In this document: in pieces, positions 12,750-24,980 of the stretch | Position numbering within the stretch: position 1 is the first letter of the stretch | Layout: each line of letters starts with the position of its first letter | Assembly (NCBI GenBank): GCA_030264375.1 | Contig: JASCQW010000132.1 | Span: forward strand, 53,778,264-53,842,263 | Direction: 5' to 3' | DNA: 64,000 nt | DNA from: Carcharhinus longimanus | Lineage: Eukaryota | Translations under genes and position numbers: made by a program | Notes under the pieces: generated by a model | What the model saw: the letters and a program-made list of their open reading frames with translations, nothing else | What the model was told of the DNA's origin: nothing | Databases searched by the model: none

Positions 12750-14142
12750 GTAATGGATCATTGGGTTTTGAATAAAAATAGAAAATGCTGTAAATATGCA
12801 ACATGCCAGTCAGTATCTGAAAGCAGAAAGTAAGTTGATGTAATGGGCATAAATTTTCACCAGAGGTGCACTGAACTACAAAGCATTACGAATAGCTTGA
12901 GTTAGAAATTAGATTTTTCCAACTTTTATAGTTTTTCTTAATCCTGTGACATGATATATTTTCATCCTTTAAAAAGGACTAAAATGACAGCGAATACTAA
13001 CAGACTTCCCTACAATCAAAATACTTTCTAGTTGAATTGAGGGTTCCATGCTGTTTGATACAGTTAACCAAAGTCAAACTCGGGTGGTTACAGCAATTAG
13101 ATTTCAAACAGAATGGTCAAATAATTAATTTATACATCCCAGTACCAAAGTAATGCATTGTGTCAGTGGAAAATATCATATCCTCCAATGTTAATGGTGT
13201 GGAAGATCATTAGATGTAAAGCATGATGCAGGGAATAAATTAATTTGCCTCCATGATAGTCATACATGTAAAAAAAAATTCAGTCTATTTGGAACACTTT
13301 GAGATGTTTGCGAGTCATGATGAAAGGAGAATTTAGATGCAAATTCAAATTATTTTTCAAACTAATATAAGACAAATAGGTTGAATTTTCAAAAATTTCT
13401 CCCAATCTCACAGCATAATTTCAGCAGGAAGCAGTGGAAAATCATCAAAATGGTGTAAATAACCATTTATATCACTACTCTGGGGATTCCAACAAACTTG
13501 TAGCAGTAGATGAACAGAACCCTCTCATACATCTGGCAGACTAGCACAAATGATATCCTGGTGGGTGTTTGGCATTTGAGAGGAGTTGCATTGTGTTCAT
13601 ACAGTTCATTTCCATTTTCATGGGTAGTGGAGTTGATTCTCTTAGTGGTGGGAGCTTGCTTACCATTGGCTTTTGTGCTTTTTATTTTCAGTGTTGTTAT
13701 CAGTCCTCTAAATGTACATGCACATGAATCTTCACACCCACACTTACCCATAGGGGGCAAAATGGGGCTGCAGATATTTTTAATGGGTGGGAGGGAGGGA
13801 ATGGAGGATTCAGGTCTGTAACTTTAAGGGTGTTTTACATGGGTGAGAGGGTGTGACACACTTGAAATAAGGAATAAGAAAATATAATCCTATCTACTGA
13901 AAACTATAAAAGTCCCGACATAGTTTATACACTTTGTGCTGTGTCATATGTATATGGGCACATTATTGACAACACTTCGGCTTTGCTGAACTTAGCAATA
14001 AATTGTGCATGTTGACTTTTGGCATTTTCATTATATTTACCAATCGAGTGAAACTTGGGTAAGGAAGTGGTTGAATTATTTAAAAAGGGAGGAAGTTATT
14101 GCAAACTCCTGTAATGCTTATCATTTGTTAGTACCTGGGAAA

Positions 14143-14890
14143 TGTTGGGCCTGCCGTTTTTAACCCTTATATAGTGGACAAAGGATTGCGAGTTGACTTG
14201 TTAGTACAGTAATATTTATTCACACATACAATTGATATGAATCACCCACACAATCAATACTAAATTATTTATAGAATACTAAAGTTCAAGTTCAATACTA
14301 GGTCTTGACTTCACTTTTGCGTGACTGGCAAGTACCCTGGCAGATATTGGTCTTTATAAACATGTTGGTCTCTGCAGTCCTATGCATAGTCTGCTCCTTC
14401 AGTCTGGTCTGATACTCTGGGTCTGGTCTTCCTTCTGTCATTGGTGTGGTGGTTCTCCTTCTGCTAGTTATTGCTGGTGTGGTCATTTGTAGGAGAGAGG
14501 GATTCTTCCGTTGTGCTGCACCTTTTATCCCTCATTGGTTTTGCGCTCTTTTGGGTGGTCTCTTGAGTATCACGAATCAGTAGATGAGGGCTTGATCACC
14601 CTCATTGATAAAGTCCAATCAATCTCTGGGTGTGCACCCAACGGCCATGCCTGTAGGTGCTGGAAGTACGTTGGTCACATATCTCCCTCCCAAATAAGGT
14701 TAAGGTGCCCCTGTGTCTGGTAAACAATTCTGTTTAATCAGAAAGTGTCCATTGTCTTTGACATAGCCTATATCCTGTGTATTTGGTCATCTGAGCTGTT
14801 TTATCTCTGCCCTTTAAGCTACAGCCTGTGGCCCGTTTGGCCATAGAAGGGAAAGAATCCAACTGAACGCATCACATTACACTCATCACA
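14143..14890 (-). mobile_element. LTR (ERV/Gypsy-like) with adjacent polypurine-tract-like sequence
   Basis: TGT...ACA termini. On the minus strand: purine-rich GAAGAATTGATGGGAACATATGGGTGG immediately before TGTGATGAG, TATA-like GGGATAAAAGG (~14521-14531), and AATAAA (~14215-14220) near the end. Confidence 0.55.
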
Positions 14891-15340
14891 CCACCCATAT
14901 GTTCCCATCAATTCTTCGAATTTTAAAATGACTCACTAAAATAATTGATAATATTGTTATAATCCAACCATATCAGCAATAATAATACAATAATATTAAG
15001 ACCTGCTTTACTGCCATTTGATACTTTCTTTTCATGGCATTTGCTGAAGCTGCTGACAGTGTGGTTCATAACTCCTTTCAAGTGCTTGGAAAATCATTAT
15101 TCTTTTTAAGGCATGCAAGCAGAACCAAGGTTTTTGATGAACTGGGGGAGAGTAGATTATGAAAAATAATAAATTCATTGGATTGTATATTTCTTACTTA
15201 TGTAGCACAAGGAAATGTTTAGCTTACCAAATCCTCTTGTATCTACTTGTGTGCTGTCAGATTTTACAATAGAATATAACATGTAAAACTCTGCTTTTAC
15301 ATGTGTACAATGTAAAACACCATTTCATTTATCCTTCAAG

Positions 15341-15481
15341 CTCAGTTTTGGGGGAATGCCATTTTCTGGAAAGCCAAGCTTCAATGGGAAAAATTTCAAA
15401 GGCTGTATGGAGTCTATAAATTACAATGGAATTAATATCACTGATCTCGCCAGGAGAGGAAAACTAGACACATCTAAAGTG
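15341..15481 (+). CDS. CNTNAP2: CNTNAP2 internal exon (equivalent of human exon 7)
   Basis: Acceptor ccttcaAG and donor GTAAGT at 15482. 141 bp, phase 0/0. Encodes [47 protein letters not shown], in frame with the flanking exons. Not in the supplied ORF track. Confidence 0.93.
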
Positions 15482-16469
15482 GTAAGTTCATTGATTTGGC
15501 AATGAGTGAAGTTAAGTTGATGTATTCATGATGGCCTGACTGAAGTTGCTCCAAGTCTCTGAAAACAAGGTCCTGTAAAATGAAGAACATAAAGACATAA
15601 ATGTGATAATCAATTAACACTAAGAAGAAAGGACAAGTATTGGAGATTATAGATGTTTTGTTATTCTCTATTATGCCATCATTTCCTTTGTTGGAAGAGC
15701 TGTTTCTGTGTTGATTATGCGTTGTTTTCGTCTTTTCTGCAAAGCAACTTGATAAATGTTTTAAAATTTGGCATCAATATTGCTACATTAAATCATTTCT
15801 CTATGTTGCTTTCCGCATAACAGGACATTGTCCTGGTATGACTTATCAATCTTAAATGAAAGCTTTACTTCCTAGTTATTGTAGTTGTTTTCTAATCATT
15901 TGCTACTTGAGGTTGCCCCATATATCAATCTGTACTGTATGAGTGAACAGTATCTACCCCAGATTCACACCAATTCTACTTTGCAACTACGCTGTTAACA
16001 CAAAAGCTTGGCAAAGGACAAATGACCCATGATCTCCCTCCTCTTCTGGTGGTAAGCATCCATCCTTGTTTTTGCACCTTCTCATTACTGCTTTGTATGG
16101 CATGACTGAGTTCAGTGGCTTACTTCATGAAATCTAAAAAGTATATGGCTACATCTTTCCTTCTTTTGGTACAGCATTTCAAAGCTCCAGTCCTCTGTGG
16201 TACGACTTGCATTTTTTTAGGGACTTGACACTGCATTATATAAAGTTTTTATTATTCTTAGCAACAGCACCTCTTGCACAGAACAGGTATTACAGTAAAA
16301 TTTACTGGTTGTATGAACTTCTTGTATTAGCTACTGCTTTACAATATTTTCTAGTGATTGTTTGGAGCAAACCTGTCCATTTCTGCTCAGTCACATATGG
16401 AACATGCAGTGTTTGGGAGCTATGTAGAAAGTAGATTGGCAAGATTCATGCCTTGCTTATGTGTCAAAG

Positions 16470-17700
16470 GTTTTGGCTACAAGCCCCACACTGGGGACTT
16501 GAGCACATGATGTAGGCTGGTGGCTCCATGCAGTACTGAGGAAGTGCTCCACTGTTGTAGGTGCATTCTTTTGGATGAGACTTTAAAGTGACACTGACTA
16601 GCAAGTTTGCAGATGGTACTAAGATTGCTGGAGTTGTGGACAATGATGAAGATTGCCAGAGAATACAGCAGGATATTAGATAGGCTCGAAAATGGGGCAG
16701 AGAAATGGCAGATGGAATTTAAGCTGGACAAATATGAGGTGATGCATTTTGGTGGGAGCTATAAAACAAATGGCAGAACTATCAAGAGCACAGACACACA
16801 GAGATCTGGTTTACAGATCCTTAAAAGTGGCAGCACAGGTGAAAAAAGTAGTGAAGAAAGCATATGGCATGCTTCAGCCAGGGCATCATGTATAAACGTT
16901 GGCAAATTATATTAGTTATATAAAATGTTGGTTAGGCTACATTTGGAATACTGTGTCCAATCCTGGTCATCACTACCAGAACGATGTGGGCTTTGGAGGG
17001 AGTACAGAAAAGGTTTACCGGGATGTTGTCTGGTACAGAGGGTATTGGCTATGCGGAGAGATTTGAATAAACTGGGATTGTTCTCCCTGGAAAGATGGAG
17101 GCTGAGGGGTGACCTGGTAGAAGTTTATAAAATTATGAGGGGCATAGATGAGGTTAACAATTGGAAGCTTTTTCCCACGGCAGAAATGACAATTACAAGG
17201 GAGCACAAGTTCAAGGTAAGGGGGGACAGGTTCAGTGGAGACGTGTGAAGGAAGTCTTTTTTACACTGAGGATGGTGAGGACATGGAATGCACTGCCAAG
17301 TGAGGTGGTTGAGGCAGATATATTAGTGACATTTAAGACTTAACTGGGTAGGCACATGAACAGGTGGGGTAGAAGGGGATACAGGTGGTTGGTCTAGGTA
17401 GGACAATGTGATTGACACAGGCTTAGTGGGCCAAAGGGCCTGTTCCTGACAATAGTTCTTTTGAGACTATCCTGCCTTCTGGGTGAGACATAAAAGACCC
17501 CTTGGCATGATATGAAGAAGAGTGGGGAACTTATCCCAGCATCCTAACCTGTATTTATCTCCCAAAAAATATGATTAAAAAAGACACCTAGTCATCGTCT
17601 CATTGCCTTTTGCTGTCCGCATGTTTGCTACCAAGTTTCCTTATCTTACAACAATGGTTAAACTTTCAAAGTATCTCATTCATTGTAAATCACTGAGAAC
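16470..17700 (+). mobile_element. Deu-domain-type SINE interrupted by a CR1 LINE 3' fragment (~16598-17460)
   Basis: SINE core TACTGAGGAAGTGCTCCACTG...GGATGAGACTTTAAA resumes after the CR1 at ...ACATAAAAGACCCCTTGGCA. CR1 peptides are WQMEFKLDKYEVMHFG and LGLFSLERWRLRGDLVEVYKIMRG. Confidence 0.7.
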
Positions 17701-18558
17701 TGTCAACCAAAGTAACCAAATTTACTAAATGACTCCCAAATGAAGAAATTATCAACAAGATTGTAGTTTTTATATCAACATGAATCCAAACTAATGCAAA
17801 TTAGTCATGAATTAACGGGCAAACGACACACCAAAATTTCACTCTAAATAGTTGACACAACAAAGATACACCTGGTACAACTTGAGCACCTGCAGACATG
17901 TGGCACCACATATAGTTGCAAAGCTCTCCAATTCACCCTCTGATTTATAGAATCTTTCACGTTCCTACTCAATTGTTTTGACCCCTGAATCATATTCAAT
18001 GACAACTGTATTCTGTTGAGGTCCCAGAGTCACTGGATATCCAAAAGGTACACTTCTGCAGAACTTCCTTAGCTAGGTTCATAACAGTCTTAATGGTACA
18101 TATCCCTCAAAGGCTCCTTTACCTGATCCTTTTAATGAATCCCATTAAAGAGCCTGGTTGGCTCCAGCAAAACTAAACAGCAGTAGTAAAATTGTCAATT
18201 CCTAACTATTTCCAACTCTGTCTTTGTCTTTCTGTCCTGCTCAAGTGTATTATACACACACAGCTCCGGCATGAACGTGCCTTTGCTGTTCTCCCCTCTG
18301 CTACAGCTTTCCCTTTCTGAGGATTTGCTTTTCCTGCAGCATTCCTTTGTATCTAACCCCAGGGCTTTTTAACTTAAACTCCCCCCTATTGCTACTGCTG
18401 TCAGGTCAAGAGTCACCTGGTCACTTGAGACAGGCTTTCTTATTCAAGAAAATTACAACTGATCCTGTTTACAGTTGATGCAAACTCTTTTAAAAAAACA
18501 CTTTTCAAACATTCATGAAAACAATGACATATTTCACAAATATTTCCAAGCAGTTACA
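17701..18558. mobile_element. Possible solo LTR inserted in a SINE tail
   Basis: TGTC...TTACA ends. SINE tail sequence (CATGAAAGGTGCTACATAAG) resumes shortly after. No clear target-site duplication (TSD). Confidence 0.3.
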
Positions 18559-19232
18559 CATTTGCCCTATTGCCTTAGGTCATCACAATGTCCTCAAGTC
18601 ATGAAAGGTGCTACATAAGTTCTTTATTGTTAGTGTTAATTTAAAACTGTTATCAGTTTGATATATTGCTACAGACATCTCTGTCGCTGCAAATCAATAA
18701 GGCTATAGTCTTGCAGGTAAGTTACAGGAAAGTACTACTATTGATTTGTGTACACTTGGTGACTCAAAGAAGATGTGGTTGAAATACTGATTAATGAATA
18801 AGACTATAGTTAACTTTTAAGTTAGCACTGCATTTTGCCTTTGGGAAAATCTGGAAATAGCTAACCTATATTTTTTATTACATTATAGCAATAAAGACGA
18901 GTCATGTGCAACAAGTAAAATTTTAGCAGTGATCTCTTATTAGCAGTATCGCTATTGATCTCATATCGAATTGATAGGTATCATCAGTTTGTAGATCAAT
19001 CTAGCCTCAGGATATGAACAATACACAACCCACTTACTGCAATCTTCTGTAATATAAAATGGTAACTAACACAATATACAGTTTGTTGATGGTTCATCTG
19101 CTAATGCTGACACCACTCTATCTATGACATGCTTTCAAATGCTGCACAAAGGCAGATAGTTTACTGCATCACATTGCTCCTTTCTGGCAGTAATTGTGAA
19201 CTCTTTTCCTCAGGCAACAAGAATATTATTAT

Positions 19233-19547
19233 AACATAAGAAATAGGAGCAGGAGTAGGCCATCTGGTCCTTCGAGCCTGCCCCGCCATTCAGTAAGATC
19301 ATGGCTGATCTGTCATGTCTCAGTTCCACTTTCCGGCCCTCTCCCCATAACCCTTAATCCCCTCTCTTATNNNNNNNNNNNNNNNNNNNNNNNNNNNNNN
19401 NNNNNNNNNNNNNNNNNNNNNNNNNNNNNNNNNNNNNNNNNNNNNNNNNNNNNNNNNNNNNNNNNNNNNNAGCACCGACCCCTGGGGCACTCCACTAGTC
19501 ACCATCCGCCAATCCGAATAGCACCCGTTGACCCCCACTCTCTGCCT
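19233..19547 (-). mobile_element. Young CR1 LINE spanning a 100-N gap
   Basis: Left flank is a CR1 3' end (ACATAAGAAATAGGAGCAGGAGTAGGCCAT). Right flank encodes SDWRMVTSGVPQGSV on the minus strand. Confidence 0.85.
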
Positions 19548-20083
19548 ATAACAATAGATCTATAACAATATCTATAATAATAGATTTCTACTCTGTCCTA
19601 ACTGTCAGTTACTCCTCCAACCATTGCTGGAAGATGTTATAACTTCTATCCTTAATAATTGTTGCTATGGAACAGCTATATAAATATACCAGCAGTTTTT
19701 TAAAATATCAGTCTTGGTAAACACACCCTTCTATTATAGCAGAACAATGGGACATCCATACTACTGATACAAATGCCATTTTAAAATGAACAGCTGGAAC
19801 TGTCTCCCATCAGTAATCATTACTAATCAGGTCAACAAAGAAGCACAGAAAGACATCAACAACAGATTGTTTTCCATAAAGTACAAGCTGTGAAAAATCA
19901 TTTTCTTTTTGATTTGAGTCAACTCCATTTAAATGCCTGGAGCATGAGTATCTTGTGTGAAACACACACACATTGAAATCCAATTCCTGGATTATTCTAT
20001 AGAACTTGCTCATGTTTCCAATTAAACACCTCAAATATATATTTGCTGAAGGTCAGTTTGATTCACGTCGTCATCACATAGAT

Positions 20084-20400
20084 GGGGCAGCATGCTGGCA
20101 TCGTGATTAGCACTGCTGCTTCACACGCCAGGGGCTCGGGTTCATTTCCGGCCTTGGATCATTGTTTGTATGGCGATTATGTATTCTCTCTGTGAGTTTC
20201 CTCCAGGTGTTCCAACATACTCCCACACTCCAAAAATACGCCAGTTAAGTTGATTAGTCATGCTAAATTGACCCTTAGTGTTAGAGAGATTAGCAGGTAA
20301 TTATGTGGAGTTATGGGAATGGGACCTGGATGGAATTGTTATCAATGCAGGTTTGATGGGCTGAATGGCCTCTTTCTGCGCAGTTGAGATTCTGTGACTC
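20084..20400 (+). mobile_element. HE1-like V-SINE with CR1-type tail
   Basis: GGGGCAGCATG head, V domain, and tail GATGGGCTGAATGGCCTCTTTCTGC. Confidence 0.8.
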
Positions 20401-21959
20401 AATGATCTGTCCTCTCATGCGGCCTACATACTGACAGTGAGGATTTTCCTCCTGGCAATGAGTAAACATTTGTATTTTGCTCAAAGTTCAACATGGAAGA
20501 ACAATACAAAATCTGGACATCACAGTGATCCAAGGCTGGGTCTGCACCAGCTTAAGGTTTTAGCCTCATTACCACATTTAGATTCACTTAAATCCTGCAG
20601 AAAACTTGTCTCTGTATTCCCTTAGAATACAGAGCATAAAAGACAATAGCGAACCAACACAGTCACTATGGGCCGAATGGTGCCTTTGCTGTATCAGTTC
20701 CTTGATTCTGTGGAGTATAAGGTTTTTTCATTGGGCAATAACATCCTCAGTCTTTTTTCTTACTGTACCTAATGTAGCATGATGTAAACATGATGCAATT
20801 TTTAAACTCTGACTTAAATGTCTTTATATCCCTGTCTTTCATAATAATTTATGATTCAAATATACAATATTTTAAGTATTTTGTACACAAATAACAGAAT
20901 AGGTAGAGAGACATTAAGAGTTCCACAGGTAATGAGATAGGCAAACCATCTCAAATCTGAAAATACAATAAAGAAATCTAATGAAAGAATAGTGTGGTTT
21001 TATGAAGGGAAGATCATTTTTGACCAACCGTTTTGTATTCTTTGAAGAAATAACAAAAAGTAAACAAGAGCAATACTGTGGATGAGTATAAGTGGATTTT
21101 TAAAAAGACTTCAAATTCAAGATTCAAAAGTCACAACCTCACAATTTAAGGCCAAAACATGCAGAGTCAGGGACAAGTGCCAGAAATGGTTAAAAAGCAG
21201 AAAACATAGAGGAGGTGTTAAGTTATTCAGACTGGCAGAAGAGAGGAAAGAGGTATTTCATTGTTCTGAGAGTATTGTTGTACACCATTTCCATAAATTA
21301 TTTGGACTCGTGAATTGGAAGTGCTATTTCAAAATCAGCTTTTGACAGTAAATGCAATTTTATGCATGGAGTATATCAGCAGGGGTGTGTATGTGCAAAG
21401 AATTAATGACAAGGTGGTACTTAAGTGATAACAGATAGAGATATGGTCAATACTGATACTTCTCCAAGGAAAACAAAATAGCAGATAAATGGTGCAGAAC
21501 AGCAGAATTAACCTGCATCTCTGTGAAGAAAACAAATTGGTCTCAATAGCCAATTATAGGCCTGTGTGGTTTGTAGCTTGGCTAGCATAAGGCAGTACAG
21601 ATCGGGGAGCCAGGATAGCCTGCGAAGATCTTTCTCTGCCAACAGAAGACAAAGTAACTTTGCTTTCTTCTGCACAATCTGAAACAAGTATTAACATCTT
21701 CCAAACTGGTTGCACTGACTAAATTCTGGAAATAAGGTGTAACATAAGCACTCTCATATAGTCTCTCGCTGAACGAGTGATTAAAAGCACTGCAGCCTGT
21801 AACCATATTGTCTGTAACAATAAACATGGTTCAAGGCCTCATTTATATTGTGTTAGCTGATCAATCAGCAGTTTGTTTGGTTCAGTCAGCCTCAGTATTG
21901 CTAGACTAAATATGCAGGGCATGCTGCTTGTTGTCTTGATGAGATTAGTCATCCAAAGA

Positions 21960-22355
21960 AAGAACATTTATGTGGCATCGTTCACAACCTTAAAATGTCC
22001 CAAAATACTTTCCAGCCAATTAAGTACTTTTGAAGAATAGTAACTGCTGTAATGTTGGAAACAAGGCAACCTATTTGCACATAACAAGATTCCACAATTT
22101 ATTTACCTGAGTACTGGAGGAAATTCCCCTGCTCATCTTTAAGTGCATGCTTTCGGATCTTTTATGTCCATCTAAAAAAGGCAAACAGGGCCAGAATTTA
22201 AAATCCCGACTGAAAGACTGCACTTCTAATAATACTGCCATCCCGTAACACTGCACGAGATCATCGAGTTGGAATTTGTGCTCAGGTCCTTGACTAGGGC
22301 CTGAATTTACAATCTTCCAAATGAAAGGAACAAACCCCACAAACTGAGCCACTGC
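21960..22355 (-). mobile_element. Old Deu-type SINE
   Basis: Antisense of a CAGTGGCTCAG head, a CAGTGTTACGGGATGGCAG core and an AAAGTACTTAATTGGCTG tail. A similar copy lies at ~61140-61600. Confidence 0.55.
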
Positions 22356-22485
22356 TTACACAACAGAAAAGAAGTGAGTAATTCCTGTGAAGTAGGAAGG
22401 CCTTTGCACTATTTGGGAAAAAAAATATGTAGACACCGGATTTATGTTTAATGTATCAATACTTGTTCCTTGTTTTTCTTTCCAG

Positions 22486-22750
22486 GGTAACCTGAGCTTC
22501 TCCTGTGCGGAATCTCGTGCCGTTCCCGTGTTTTTCAATAGCAGCAGTTACTTGTTGCTGCCTGGACACATGAACCAGGATTTGTTTTCAGTCAGTTTTA
22601 TGTTCCGGACGTGGAACCCCAACAGTTTACTCTTATTCAGCAAATTTGCCCCTGGCTATGGAATGGTGGAAATTGACCTCAGTGATGGAAAAGTCAGCAT
22701 TAACATCAGCGTCAACCAGACAAAGATGAATAGCATTGAGATGTCTGCAG
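22486..22750 (+). CDS. CNTNAP2: CNTNAP2 internal exon (start of laminin G domain 2; equivalent of human exon 8)
   Basis: Strong polypyrimidine tract tttttctttccAG and donor GTACGT at 22751. 265 bp. Encodes [54 protein letters not shown]...KMNSIEMSA(G). Confidence 0.93.
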
Positions 22751-22995
22751 GTACGTGTGAAACAAATAAAACTGTTCAAATCTTCAGACAAGCTTTGGGT
22801 AAAGCTGTACATTTTAGCAGTGAAGTATGAGAATCACAGATGAGACCTCCTTTCAGAAAATCAAAGCATTCTCGATAATTTTAATATCCCATTTTTATAT
22901 TTCTGCTCATTTTTACCAGCATTTTACAAGTGAAAGTGTTCAGGACTTTCTTTCAGACCATGATGCACAATTGAAATTATAATCATGGAACAAAC

Positions 22996-23770
22996 TTTGA
23001 TTTATTATTGTCATATGTATTGGACTACAGTGAAAAATAATGTTTCTTGTGTGTGAGTCAGACAAAACACACCATTCATAGAGTACATAGGGGAGAAGGA
23101 AAGGACATAGTACAGAGTGTAGTGTTACAGTCATAGCTAGGNNNNNNNNNNNNNNNNNNNNNNNNNNNNNNNNNNNNNNNNNNNNNNNNNNNNNNNNNNN
23201 NNNNNNNNNNNNNNNNNNNNNNNNNNNNNNNNNNNNNNNNNGGAGAAGGAAAGGACATAGTACAGAGTGTAGTGTTACAGTCATAGCTAGGGATAGCTAG
23301 AAAGATCAACTTAATATAAGGTAGATCCATTCAACAGTCTGATGGCACCTGGTAAGAAGCTGTTCTTGAGCCGTTTGGTATGTGTCCTCAGACTTTTGTA
23401 CATTTTTCCCGATGGAAGAAGGTGGAAGAGATAATGTCCTGGGCGTGTGAGGTCCTTGATTATGCTGGCTGCTTTTCTGAGGCAGTGGGAAATGTAGACA
23501 GAGTCAATGGATGGGAGGCTGATTTGTGTGATGCACTGGGCTACATTCACAATAGTTTATTGCAATCTTGGTCAGAGCAAGCGCCATACCAAGCTATGAT
23601 GCATCCAGAAAGGATGCTTTCTATATAGTATCTATAAAAATTGGTGAGAGTCGCAGCAGACATGCCAAATTTCCTTATCCTTCTGAGAAAGTAGAGGCTT
23701 TGGTGAGCTTTCTTAACTATAACATCAATGTGGAGGGACCAGGATGGGTTGTTGATGATCTGGGCACTTG
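22996..23770 (-). mobile_element. Rex1/Babar-clade LINE 3' end
   Basis: Peptide CLRKAASIIKDLTRPGHYLFHLLPSGKMYKSLRTHTKRLKNSFLPGAIRLLN and an (ATCAA)n-type tail. The same 3' UTR occurs at 39505-39687 (+) and 51971-52200 (-). Confidence 0.85.
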
Positions 23771-23849
23771 ATCTGGATTAGCAACTGGATCTACTGATAA
23801 TAATTCAACCTCTCCTACTTATTTTTGTTATGACCATGTCTGGGAATAG

Positions 23850-24980
23850 AAATATAATGATTATGTTGCTAGAGTACTAATCCAGAAGCCTGAATTTATT
23901 GACCTGGAGACATGAGTTCAAATTATATCATAGCAGCTGAGGAATTTCAATTTTGTTCTTAAAATAAATCTGAAAAAAAAGCCAATATCAGTAACAGTGA
24001 CAAACTACTGATTGTCATAAAAGCCCATTTTATTCACTGATGTTATTCAGAGAAGGAAACCTGCTGACCTTGCTTTGAACAATGTGGCTCCAGAATCATA
24101 GCAACACATTTTCCTCTTAACTGCTTCAGGTGGCCTAGCAAGCCACTTGGTTATTTGAAACTGCTACAAAGAAACTGCATATTTACCATCAAGCCAGGTG
24201 ATCAATCCTGGCTCACCGAGGAGAGTAAAAGAACTTCCCGGAACAGCATCACCTATACCGAAAAATAAAGTGAAATTTTAGGGAAGCTACAATTTAGGAC
24301 TGCATGCATAATAAATAGAAGCAGTATTCTATAGACTGAGCTAAGCGATCTCAGAACCAATGGGTTAGATCAAAGCTCGACAGTCCTGAATGGTGGTGAA
24401 TAATTAAACAACCAACCAGAGGAGGAGCATCTACAAATATCCCCATCCTCAATGATGGGGAAACTGAGCACAATAGTGCAAAAGGCAATGCTGAAGAGTT
24501 TGAAACCATTTTCAGCAAGAAGTGCTAAGTGGATGATTAGGCCTCCTTCTGAGGTCTCCAGCATTGCAGATACCAGTCTTCAACCAAATTGATTTACCAG
24601 ACATGATACCAAGAAATGACAGAAGGGATTGGATACAGCAAAGACTATGTTGACAGTGTCCCGATTGTACTGTTAATGACTTAGAATCATAGAATCCCTA
24701 CAGTGCAGAAGGAGGCCATTTGGCCCATTGAGCCTGCATCAAAAACAATCCCACCTAGGCCCTATCCCATTAACCTCACATATTTACCCTGCTAGCCCCC
24801 CTGACGCCCAAGGGGCAATTTAACATGACCAATCCACCTAATCTTGTGTCCCAGAACTAGCCATGCCCTAAGACAAAATGTTCCAGTGTAGCAAAACATT
24901 AGAATTGGCCTGATAATATGGAAAATTGCCCAGAAGTGTCCTGTCTACAGAAGTTAGATCAAATTATAGCAACCGATTGG
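23850..24980. mobile_element. Deu-type SINE (+, ~23850-24170) and L2-like ORF2 fragment (+, ~24360-24980) with a nested V-SINE 3' end (-, ~24682-24843)
   Basis: SINE GAGTACTAATCCAGAAGCC...GGTGGCCTAGCAAGCCACT. LINE AATATCCCCATCCTCAATGATGGG (NIPILNDG). Nested TAGAATCATAGAATCCCTACAGTGCAGAAGGAGGCC. Confidence 0.6.
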
